Assembly (NCBI GenBank): GCA_046563655.1
Contig: CM102290.1
Span: forward strand, 4,402,001-4,466,000
DNA: 64,000 nucleotides
Origin: Yuukianura sp. NJ FZ-2021
Taxonomy: Eukaryota
Direction: 5' to 3'
Below, one piece after another: positions 1 through 12,200 of the stretch; the stretch's first letter is position 1, and each line of letters starts with the position of its first letter. A program made the translations under genes and the position numbers. The notes beneath the pieces are model-generated. The model was not told the DNA's origin. It ran no database searches and worked only from the letters and a program-made list of their open reading frames with translations.

Positions 1-3000
1 CAAAATCAACTGGCAAGTTGATTAGTGGAATATTTATACCCCTTAACAGTAGTAGTACATACCTAGAACACGATTCTTCCATTCTCACTTGTTTATAAGC
101 TTCTAATATTCATGATTAGATTTTAGTTGGAGATTAACCTAAACTCAATTGTTTATGACCAACTACTGTGGTCAACCGCCAGATTTGGAACTCTGCGAAG
201 GTTTACTCCTATTCAACATTATTATAAGCATCAACTGGGTCAAACTTGATTTCATTACTACTGGAACTTAACCTCAAACTAATCAATTCCACGAAAATAA
301 TAGTAAACAGCATAGAGGGAGGGAGTAGGAGTAAAAAAAACCGCAAGATAAACGGAGAGGAAACGCTGGAATAACTTGGGAGTAGAAAGTAGAAGAAAAC
401 AATAAACATGTTATACGTTAGGAGTACGTAGGATGCCGTTTTCAACGAATTATCCAGTGTTTGATTTGATATCGTATTTAAACCAACTACCCCTAAGAAT
501 TTGCCGTATACGAACTACGAACAACAGCCTTTGACTTGGCGGGTTGGTTAGAAGGTCAGGGAACTTTCCCGGGTTTCCCGAACAGCGAATTCTAATTTCT
601 TAATTTGAAAGCATCCCTATACATCTTTGAACCTTGCATACAAACAATGAAATTCTATTCCGAAACTAAAGATTGGTAAACCCATAAACCAGTTGTACTT
701 GATTGGCTTCAGGAATTCTTATAGCCTTTCCTTAGTACGTCAGTCGAAGATTAGTAATTTAGTATATATATACTGTCGTTACATCTCAGAGTTAACACAA
801 TACTGGATGACGGACAGTAGTTACCTGAACGACTGACATGTCACTTAAAGCAATTTAAAATTCGTGAATGCGTTTGCAACATGAAAACTATTGATCGAAC
901 CGTTGTTGGTTGCTCTGCTTGCTACGCGTGAGGCACTGGGCAATTGCTTCTCAAATATTCCGTTTTTATGTCAATGGCACTGAATCCTTCCCACTGTTTC
1001 GTTACCAATCTCCGAAAACGGGAACGTAGTTGTTCCAGTAGGATCGAACGTTGTTCTTACGGGGAATTTCGTATGAAGCAACTGCGGATGCGGATCTACT
1101 CCTAACACAGCCCTATACTCAATTTAACTCATACGCCATGTCGGCCATGACTCGAAAACGAAAAACCATTTGAAAATACTTGTTTTGAAACTATACTGGA
1201 ACTTATCAAATGAAATCCACAGAACCTTAAACTTCCACTAGTTAGTGAGAGCAATTACTGATTGATGATTGATGGAGGGTAAGCGAGACTTACCTCGGGT
1301 ATTTCCACCAAGGTGACCTTGTGTGAAGATGTATCGACTTGACCTGAGGTCCTTATGCTCCAGGTAACGTACGTGTAACACTATCCGTATCCGTGATGAA
1401 AACGATTGACGAATCAACACTCACTGCTTCTGAACTGAGAATGAAGTATCGTTTTTAAATACAAACGAGTGAATAAGTGTGAAAACAAAAGCACAACAAA
1501 CACAAAGCATGCATTACTCCATCCCTCCCAAACTTTCCAGAAGGAGGAATTTGACGCACGCGCCATCACCCGCTCTCCCCCATTCAGTCGTAGGGTGCCT
1601 ATAAATTAAAACAAAACACAAATTCCATACCCAAAAAATGTGACTTTTTAACACATCACATTAACTTCACACTTATGTTCATAGTCAAAGTCATTTACTA
1701 AACGTTAAAATAATGATAACCAGTAATTGGTAGCGTTAATTTAAACTTGTAGTTAATTTAATTTAGCCAATAGTTGAATAACATTGGGCCTGGGCTATGA
1801 AACACGTGATGTGATACGAAAAAATAATGATTAAATATTATTAATGACTCTTAGGATTAGTGTCGTAAGTTTGAAGTTTTGTCATAAAAAAAATGTTTGT
1901 TTTTTGTTATCACGGTGTGCTGAATAAACACTCACACTTGAAGGAAATTTTTTAAATTCTTTTTTTTTTACTTTGAATTAGGTTATAATAGTAGTTCACA
2001 AGTATTTTTACACTATTGTAAACTATTACTAGTTAAACGTAGTAATTTATGACGACCATTTTTCGTCTTAGCTATTGTTATTTTTTGTTAAAAAAAATAT
2101 GTTTAAATGAGAATAATTTTTGACTAAATTACCGTGTTAAAGATAATGTTAAATATTACATTTATGTTTATAATTAAATTTGGGGGTAGCCTACGCGGAA
2201 ATTCCCCCATAGTAATGGTTTCCGACTCCTCCCCCATTGGGCAGAGTAGAGGGAGTGAAGTGTTTATGATGTCAGCTGATGAGCAGAGAGAGCACATGAT
2301 GGTGTGATCCAAACAATGGAATTCCACCCAGCCCCCTTCCGTCCCGATTCATCTCCTCTTAACTTTACATCATCAGATCCATTCTCATCTTCATTCATTC
2401 ATGTAGTAGTGCAAGATATCAACATCCGTTTGTGTCCTTGATCTCCGATAAGCTGACATGAGGCCCGTTGAATTGCTCAAAAGCCCTTAAGTACTTATGC
2501 GATTATCCGCGTCAAGTTATGTAATGTAGCATCTTATCATATCATAAGATTCTTATGTACTATATACTAGTATGTCCCCGACAAATGTAGAGATAAATGT
2601 AGTTACATGAGAGTTATGTAACCGAATCCTTCATGTTTAGTGTAACTCGACAGATGTAGACGTAGAAGAATTGGTAGCGCTATTTTATACTAGTAATTCA
2701 ACGCAATGCAAATGCAATCCTTGTACTACCAAGTGTATCTCTTTTTTTAAAATATATAAAGTTTCGCAAAAAAAAAAATCATTCAATTCAAAGTGTTCTT
2801 TTTCATTTAAAAAAAACAAGCACCAATTCCTCATTCCAAACTTTGAAAGGAGTCGCGCTAAATTCAAATCGTGATAAAATGAAAACACTATAAAAAAAAA
2901 ACCGAAATGATTAGGAAGTTTTGAATAAAAACCGAAAAAGGTGGACACTTACTACACCATCAACAAGCAACTTAATTAAAACCGTTACTGCGAGTTAGCA

Positions 3001-3296
3001 ACAGACATAGACAATGGAGGAATAAACTGGAAGACGTGTCATTTTGTATGTGAAGACGCCTTCCTTATCACAGTAAACGGGTAACTACCACAACCATCAT
3101 AAAGAATTTGTTTATTATTTCCCAGGAAATGTTTATAATAATGTTGTTGGTCAGAAGTCCGCCTTCCAATCTCTCATTTGTCTTGATCTGGAGATGAAGA
3201 AGGATTGAAATTGGCGAGTGATAAATATGACTGATGAGTCACCGTGTAATTTACTTGCTCTATATTTGTTTTCGCAGGACGAAAGAAAGGAATAAA

Positions 3297-6200
3297 ATGG
3301 ACAAATTGCTCAAGACCATTGAATCGTTGAAGGTTCCTGCGTTCTCTTTGGGAACAGAGTCCAATGTACCAGGTTCTATTACATCTGCTGTCGTCGCGGC
3401 CAGCGACGCAGTGAAAACGAAGTTAGTTGATAATACACGCCTTTCCTCTATACTCCATGTACTTGTGTTGTGTTTATTTATTTTTGTATAAACATTGGTC
3501 TAATTGCTGTTGAAGGAAAAAGGAAAGGATTTCACATTGTGTCACTGTCACCGATGCAGTACTCAATCCCAGCGTTCAAAATTTGATGGACTTTCCAAAA
3601 GTAACAACTACGGCGAACCAGTAGTACTTGCAAGGAGACGGAGTTAGTTCAGTTGACTAAAAACTTTTGTTTGCTTTTTCCTAGATCTTGGAAAGCGTTA
3701 CGGAAGTATTGTTCCAGCTATGCAATGACCCAGATTCAGATATCCGTCTAGTCGTAGTGGACTGTCTAAATAGAATTGTCAGGGTAAGCTGCTAAATAAG
3801 TAAACTGGACTCCCTATGTTTTTAAATGCATTTAAAATTTTTGTTTTTAATTTTATCGTTCATGACTATGGTTGTATGGCAGACTCTGAAAGGGATCCTA
3901 CTCAACAAATTCCAGTTGGAAGTCTACCGTGAAATTAGGAAATGCCAATCTCCCCGGTCACTCCGAGCCGCGTTAAGCGTCTTCGCTACTCTTAGCGCTG
4001 ATATTAGGTACTTGGTCATTTCGAACTTTGGTTATATATTGATCAAGTGAATGGAATTGTAAAGGTTCTATTAATTCGTCTTTTCCTTGCAGGCCAAATC
4101 GGTGTCGTGGGTTTATTCAAAGCTTACTGCCAATCCTAGTTCAAATCTCTAAAAGAACTGAAGAGCTTTTGTATGAGAATTTGTCAACATCGTTTTTACA
4201 CATTTTGCAGAATCTCGGTCTATATTTAACCGATAGTGATGTCAAGGTACGAACATTCATATAAAGGCCTCCTAACGAATTTTCAATCGTGTATTAGTAA
4301 TCCGAATTTACCGTTCTCTTAGGTGCTTTGCCAGGAATACCTCACAAATTTAGAGTCAAAGTCAACAGTAGTTAGGAGGTCTTCAGCAGCAATCCTAGTT
4401 TACGTTTGTCAATACTCCAGAAAACCCAACTTATTTTTGCCAAGATTGCTTGTCGACGTGATTCGTAAGTTCCAATCACAACGTAGTTTTTGGTTGCATC
4501 TTTGCACCTTTGAAATGACTTGGCTGTTCTCTGATTCTCTGCGATTTACGTGTTTCTTTTTTATAGAACTGCTATCACCTAGTCTCATGGAGAAAAGTAT
4601 TTCGACGCTAATTGGAGTTCTTTTATGTGTTCGACAATGTATTCCACCGCTGTACGCAGAGCTTGAGAAGCCATTTCCCGGAATTGTGGATAAGGACCAC
4701 CTCTATCAAAAAATCATTCAAGTAATTGCCTAACTTCTACAGTAAATAGGAGAATTGGAATGTATATCGTTTGGGCTATGCAGCTAAAAGGTGTCTTTCT
4801 TTCTTAGGTATATGAGATTTGTTTGATTCTGTGCAATCATGATGACCACAACGTGATAACAACCAGCTTGGAAACACTTCAGCAACTGCTGTCGTCTCCT
4901 GTGTTTGAAGTTTCTCGTCGCTTGACGTCTCCTGAAGGAATTCAAAATAGTTTTGACTCCGAATTATGGCTCAGGAGAAATCGTGTTGAAACTCCTCCTC
5001 TCCGTCCCCAGTCGTACTGGCCAAGTAGTGCGTAACGTTTGTTATCGGCATAACTTACAGTTAGACCGCTCATTCTAAATCCAAAGTGTGAACTAATGAC
5101 TGTTATTTCTCTCTTCTTTTATGACGTAGATAATAACGAATTGTCCGAATTTGACGATCCCACATCTTCCGGCCTACTCGTCATGGACAATGAATTCGAT
5201 TTACAAACATTTCGAAGTGAATTGTCATCTACAGTGAGTGATACTAAAGATGACGTGGAAATTAATATCATTCATTCTTCGGCAGGAAGCCGTAGGGATT
5301 CCGTATTTATGATGGCCACCACCAGTGGTAATGTTGTAGATCTAAACACGAATTGCTCCCTTTTTTCTGAACCCGGATATTGTCTTGTTACAGATGCTGG
5401 GTCTGAACCTGGCAGTGACAATAGTTTGGACCTAAAATCAGACGATGACGTGGATTGTGGTCGGCTAAGCACAGCAATGGAGCTGGACTCTTTTCCAGAG
5501 CTCCATATTGGATCCCTTTACGACGCAAATGTTCCACTGTACTATTGTACACGGTTTTTAGCGTACAACTTTCTTCTTGCTGGTAAGAAATCAAATTAGA
5601 CTTGGAGCCAATTTGACGTAAATGGAACTTCAAATTATTTTTGTTATGCAGGAAAGCAAGGTCACCAGCGATCTGACAAAGAAGTTAGAGTCACTGTAAA
5701 GGCTTTGGCGATCAATTGTATCATCAACTCAATTCGACTTTGTCCAGTTGTCTACTTTTTACCTTTGTCTCATTCGGAAGCAACAGAACCAGAGAAAGCG
5801 GAAGACCAGCAAAAAGTGAGCGATGTTGCTCTTTATTGCAAGCATCATGATCCACTGCTGCGAGGTTCCACGTATCTGCTCATCAGTCATTTCCTAAGCC
5901 GGATTCTTCGAAATAATCATGGGGTCTGGGGACACACAGAATCAGAAATGGAAAAACTTCTGTCAATTCTGAATTCTGGTCTCTTAGACCAATCTAATAT
6001 AGGTGTAAAGTACGCACTGTCTGGACTAACAGAGTGTCTTGTGCCAATCCTTCGAAATGGAAGTGGATCATCTATAATGGAACAAATATTTCAGAATCTC
6101 TTTGCAATTGTTTCCAATCCATACTGGCTTGTGAAGGTAACTCAAGACTGGACAAAACTATAGTTTATACTAACCGTTTCACTCACCTTTTACGAAGTAA

Positions 6201-9200
6201 ACTTTTTTGATTTTTTTTCCAACAGGTTAATTTGATTGAACTGTTGGCTTCAATTGAATATGACTGCGTTCCAAACTACGCGGAGACGCAAGATCGAACA
6301 CTAAATTTGTTTTTACTCTTATTGTCTGACGAAGATGTTCGAGTTCGATCTTCGTCAGTTTCAGCTTTAATAAAGTAAGTCATAAGTTAAATTATTCCGA
6401 AAAACTCTTCACTGCTGACTGTAACATAACAATATGTTTCAATTTTAGGTTCATCGGAGCTTGTGGGAAGCGGGAAGACTGGATACTGGGACGAGTAAAT
6501 CCATTCTCACTGAAACCTGTGATTGATGCTACCAAATGTGATATTTGTAGACTCCCTGGAAAGGAACGCCTACATTCCAACTTATGCAAGTACTTAGAGA
6601 AAGTATTAGATCGAATAATTCCGCAACTTAGCCAACTTCACGAGAAGCATTCCATTGTAAGAACCTTCAATTTATTCACCAACCTTGCCAAAAATTGTCT
6701 CTTCCAATTTCATTCGATAACATTGACATCTCGCTTTAGGCAAGTTTCTACTCTGCGTTTTCATCACTGGCGGAAACCTTTCCACCAAGTCTTTATCTGG
6801 GACCGTGGCGATGCAACGGGGAAGCCAATGAACTTCCATTCTTGTTTTCGGTGACAGTGGATATGCTCAGATCTGCTTCTATTGTGTCAGACATCTACGT
6901 TCATCAGAATCTACTTTCCTTATCCGCTAGTCTCCTTATTGGATTAATTCAGCGAACTGCTGGAGCAGAACAGAATGAAATTGACGAAAATTGTCCATTT
7001 GTCGCTTCGCATAAAACGGTAGGCAATTTCAATGCTCAATGTAAAGTTTTTGAAAGAGATGTTGTTTTGTTTTTACTTCAGTTGACGTTTTACGGTCTAT
7101 ATATTTTGAATCATTGTTACGCCGTGGTCAAGCTATACCATAATCTACTCAAGCCACATATGGAATCAGTTGTGCCTAAGAAACAGTCTCCTTTATCTCC
7201 AGCGAAGAAATTACTTGGCAAAGAGAAGGACGTGGAAAAGAAAGCAGCCAGTGTAACTGGCAAGTAGAATTTCTCTTTATTTATTATTATTTTCTAATTT
7301 GTTATGAAAACGTTTTTTGTACTCTTACAGCCGCCGTCGAATCTGAGAAAAAATCGAAGCAGCTTCAACGACAACAGTCGAACTCCTTGTTAGGGCCAAA
7401 TATCTGCCAAGTTCAGCTTAAACGAATTGAAGATTCGCTTCACCAGTCATGGAAAATCTACAAATCCAATCTGGATCCTGTTGTCACGCACAAGTTTACT
7501 TTGGTTTTGGTTACTTCGTTGGACTCTCTCGGTTCCATTTTTGCTTATACTCGTCATGATTTTGCGGGTCTTGCTGTTGTGATTGAAGATATTCTGGCAA
7601 TGTCTCCAGTAATTTTTAACTTGGCACCAGTCCCAACTTTAAAGTGCACGAAAGAGGTAACGCTTTGAAAATCTAACACAAAATTATCCTTGACCAATGA
7701 ATAGTGTTTTACTCAATGTCGTAGATTCTGCGGTGTCTCAACCCCTCCCCGCACCCAAATACGCTTCTGGAAGTGAAGAATTACGGAAGACTCGACGACC
7801 CTGTGACAGAGTTTGAGACTTTCTGTGAAAATTTTTACAAAAAGTATGTTACTTTACAAGTTTTTATAGCATGTCATTGGCAGAATTTGCAAACTTTAAC
7901 ATGCTATTGTTTCTCACAGCTTTCCAGCAAGTCGAAGAAGTGGACTTGTTCTTCCGCCAGAAAAATCTAGTCTTGGAGCCCATATTCGCTCGTTTGAGCC
8001 CATTGTGATAACGGCACTAAAGGTGATTGTACCTTAGTTAATTTGGTTTTGTTTTTGCATTCTTCATAAAAAAAAATACTTTTTTTTCGTTGTAGAGTTA
8101 CTTGTCTTCAAGCGACAGTTCCATCCAAGCAGAGATTCTCCTATTTGTAACCGAATTGATAAAGGGACACGTTAATTACGCAATGGTGGATTCAAATCAG
8201 GTTTTTCTTACAGCAGTGATCAAGCAACTCACGTTTCTCGAAGAAGGACAATTTAGGTAAGCTGCTTTTACTCAAGCAAACAAAGAAAACGTAATGTCAA
8301 CGTACTAACCACATCTATTGAACATTTAGGGACGCAGCGATTGTTGTCGACGCCATTTTTGATTATTTCACTCATCTTTCGCATACGGAGCGACTGAGTA
8401 GGAAATTTGTTGATACACCGAAATTACTACAACTTTGTGATGGATTGGTAGCGTCAGGCCAGAATCCTGCCACAAACTGTATGAAAATGCGTGAATTGGT
8501 GTGAAAATGAGTTAAAATATACTTACTGCTTCGTTTACAGACATTCCTGCTATGAAGAAGATTGTCTACGATCTATTTATTCGCCAGGGATCAGTTGGCA
8601 TAACTAATTTAGAACGGAAGGAAATCGAAGCTCAACGAGAAGTTTTATTCCAGAATAGTATAAAACTACTTCACGTTCCAGACGTAAGTGTAACTTACTA
8701 AAGAAGTGTAACTTACTCATAAGTTGACATGAACTTGTGCAGTAATTCACTTTTTTGCAGGTTTTGCCTATGCTATTTTTATTAATCCATGGAAGACGAG
8801 GAATAAGCGAAGCCAAATGGTCTACTGAATCTGGAATTTTGGCTAAAGCTTTATTAGAAACTATCGAGTCCAATCGCCTCATCATCAATAATTCCAATGA
8901 CTTTCGATGTCTCGTAGCAGTACTGTTTTCGGTACATGCAATAACACTGCCATCACTATCCAAACTTACCACGTCACTGGAAATATCACTGCAATCTCAG
9001 GTAATCAAGTGTTAGCAAGTTTAGCAAAGGCGTAACTAATATTTTTTTTTGTGCAATCTGAAGGTCGACGACCCTTCTTCTCTCCTGCACTGGATGGCAA
9101 CAATCAATACGTTTTGGTTAGTCATTTTCCGAACAGTTCACTGCAATGAAGACTTCATACCTAGCAGGTACACCTTCTATATTAAATGTAATTATAAAGA

Positions 9201-12200
9201 CATAGATTGATGCTAACTTTTTTTAACTAGACTCCTTCTTGACATATTCTTGAAATTGGTTCAAGAAATTCAATCAATTTTTACTTGGACGCAAGGAAAG
9301 CTGGAGCACGCTGTATTTATAGAACAACTAGTCATCTTCATCAAAGTTTCGTGTTCTCTCCTCTGCAAAGGTATTTTGACACAAGTATTTTGAAGTAAGT
9401 AAAATATCCGTTCCTACGTTATAACTGTAATAAAATGATTGCTCCGATATCGCTATACAGAGTCATCTGGAGAAGCCATTGCAGAGCTAACAGCTGAGGA
9501 TAAGAGGGAAGAATTTAGTAAACTGGCAAAGGAGTTGGCTCGAATGAGCTTGTTTTATCCCGAACTTCGCAAAGGATTTTGCGAATTTTTGACTGTCCTG
9601 GCTTATCCTTACACCCCTGTATGGGATACAATCTTATCGTCGTTAGAGCCAACACCAATCAAGGAGCTGTTCCTGTCGGAACTTGTGCCAGCACTCGTCA
9701 AGCGCTTGGTAAGGAATTACTTTTTGATTAATTTTCATAATTCTTTTCGTTAGTTCTTTTATGCGTTGTTTCTTTGATTTTGCAAAGATTTCCTTTTCCA
9801 GTAGAATTGACAACTCTGATTCTCTGTATCACATATTTCACAGCCAGGTATTGTATGGTCACGGTTTATTACACGCTTTTGTGTGGGCGCTTGATGTTTT
9901 TAAGACGACAACTTTGTAATAAGAGGCAGTAGAAAGCCTATGAAATTACTAATAACCACTGTGTTGTATCACTAGTTTTACTCGTCAATTGCCGCGTTTA
10001 ACATTCGTGAGCATTTTGTCCAGTAATATAATCAGTTACGTGATTTAGTACAGAAAACAAACCCTCATTCCGCAACATTTTTTTTCGGTTGGACACCGTG
10101 AAACCTCTAGCTTCTTTTATGATCTCTTTAAAGTAATCGATTCGTTTCCAACACTCTGGGTGGTCCGGTGTTGCAATGAGAAAGTTTGTTGTAGGCTCCT
10201 CTCAAGTAACCAATCAAAGCGTGTTTCGGAATGAGGGGTTCTTCTGTAACTGTATTATTGAGAATCCATTCGCTTTTGTGTTGATTTGTTGAAACTAAAA
10301 TCGAAGCTAAAACATGGATTGGTTCAACTGGAGAATGTTTATGGATTTTATATGTTTCATTTTAATTTGCAGCTACCGACAACGGATCCAGTGTTGGAGA
10401 CCTGGCTGATTGAAAATTACGCAATTTCTCTCATCCAACAAAGCAAATCCCCAGAAGTTACGTCTCTTTGGACACGCCTCTCTGATTCTTCGCGTGATTT
10501 TTTGATGAAGAAACTCATCGACATCAGTGACGAACCTAACCTTAGCGTAAATAAACACAACTTCAACTGTTCTTAATGTTTCAACGCTGAAAATTTAGTT
10601 TGTGTTTATTTTGTTCAGGGTCTCCAAGTGAAGTCCATCTTATGTACCATTGAAGTGGTTTTTGAAAAGTACAAAGTATTATGTGCAATGGTTTGCGTAA
10701 AGTTACTTCAGAAGCAGACGCTGGATTCCATTTTGTTCGAAGTATCGCAGTTTGCTTGCTTTCTATTTGTCCAACTTCAAGGGCAAGAAGAAACGTTTTC
10801 CGAAGATGAGAGGAGAATTCTTACGGAATTTAGTAATAATTCCCAAGCAATTTTACGGTACGTGAGTGGCAACTATTTTTTTTTTTGTGAGTGTATTTGA
10901 AAGATTTGACAATTTCACATTTTTTTTAAAAAATTTTTAGCTTTCCTAGACTTGTTTCTTTAGTAAACAAGTGCTTATCAACTGAGCTTGATGAAGATGG
11001 TAATAATTTCGAAACTCAGGTTCTTAACTCGGTGGACATGAAAGATTTGAAGGAAGATCCTATTTTATCTTGGTAAGTCAATCACTTCTGTTGTGCTAAT
11101 AGTCGGAGATCTGCCTATTATGTAACCTTGAAACATTGTAGGTGCTGCGAAGAAATCAATTCACCGGAGGGAGTTGCTCTTGCGCAAATTTTGTCTACTT
11201 TGAAGTATACTCAGATCCTCAGTATTTTTTCACACCCTAACTTTAATTTATCCGTTCTCAAGTATGTTATTCGGCACCTTCATGTTCAAGTCCTGCAAGT
11301 AAGAAATCACAACAATCCAAGAATAACACACTTTTGTGAAGACTTTGGTTACTAATAAGTGTTGGATTTTAAGGAGCAAGCTCCTTTGGATGACCTCGTG
11401 ACATTACTTACAACGGAAAATCATTCAAACCTTATTGAGAAGCTGCCTTTGGGAGTAGCAGCACTAGATTACATCGTTGAGAAGTTAGATAATTGGGAAA
11501 CGCTTATTTCTGACGATGTTCTTGTGAGTAGACATTTAACATATCACGGAGTATTGGCTAAACTATGTTTATAAATGAACTTTTTGATGAGGTTTTTTTT
11601 TTATTTAGACATCGCCTGCCATTCCAAACATCCTCGATGTTCCGTTTCGAGAGAAGTTGTGCGACATGTGGTCACTGTTAACGGAACTACTGCGGTTAAA
11701 AGCCAAAGTGCTCGCTGAAGATGCGACTTGGCGTGAGAAATCTTTGCACAATAATTACATTCCGACCAAAGTGTTTACATTCTCCTTCCAGGTAGAAAAC
11801 AAGGGTATATTTTTATATTACTCAAATTAGAAGTGAGTTTGTAATATGTCGCATTGTCCCACTTTTGCAGTATATGAGAGCGTTTTGCCAGAACGCACCG
11901 CTTCCAATTTACCAACTTACTGTCTTCCTCGAATTTGCTTGCGCCGCTATCCAGGACCTGAGTTTTCTTCAATTTTTTGATGTTCGTGATCATCATGTTT
12001 TACTTTTCAACTGTGTTCGTGCCTTGGGTTCTATTTTGAGATTGATTGTTGCTCATTTCCGAATTCCCTATGTGGCAATTGAAACCGGTAAGCTGAAACT
12101 AGGTTGGGAAGTGTTGCTTTGACAATGTTGTGATTCCATTTACTTCAGAAGACACATGGTGTGAACTAAATGAAGAATGTATCCAAATACTGAGAATTTT

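Noticed and set aside
209..2948. Short ORFs in the first 3 kb
   Set aside because: Low-complexity translations with no homology, in a segment that appears mirror-oriented; a partial check of the complement-only reading also gave no convincing gene.
8686..8717. Direct repeat AAGTGTAACTTACT x2 in an htt intron
   Set aside because: Small local duplication with no sign of a mobile element.
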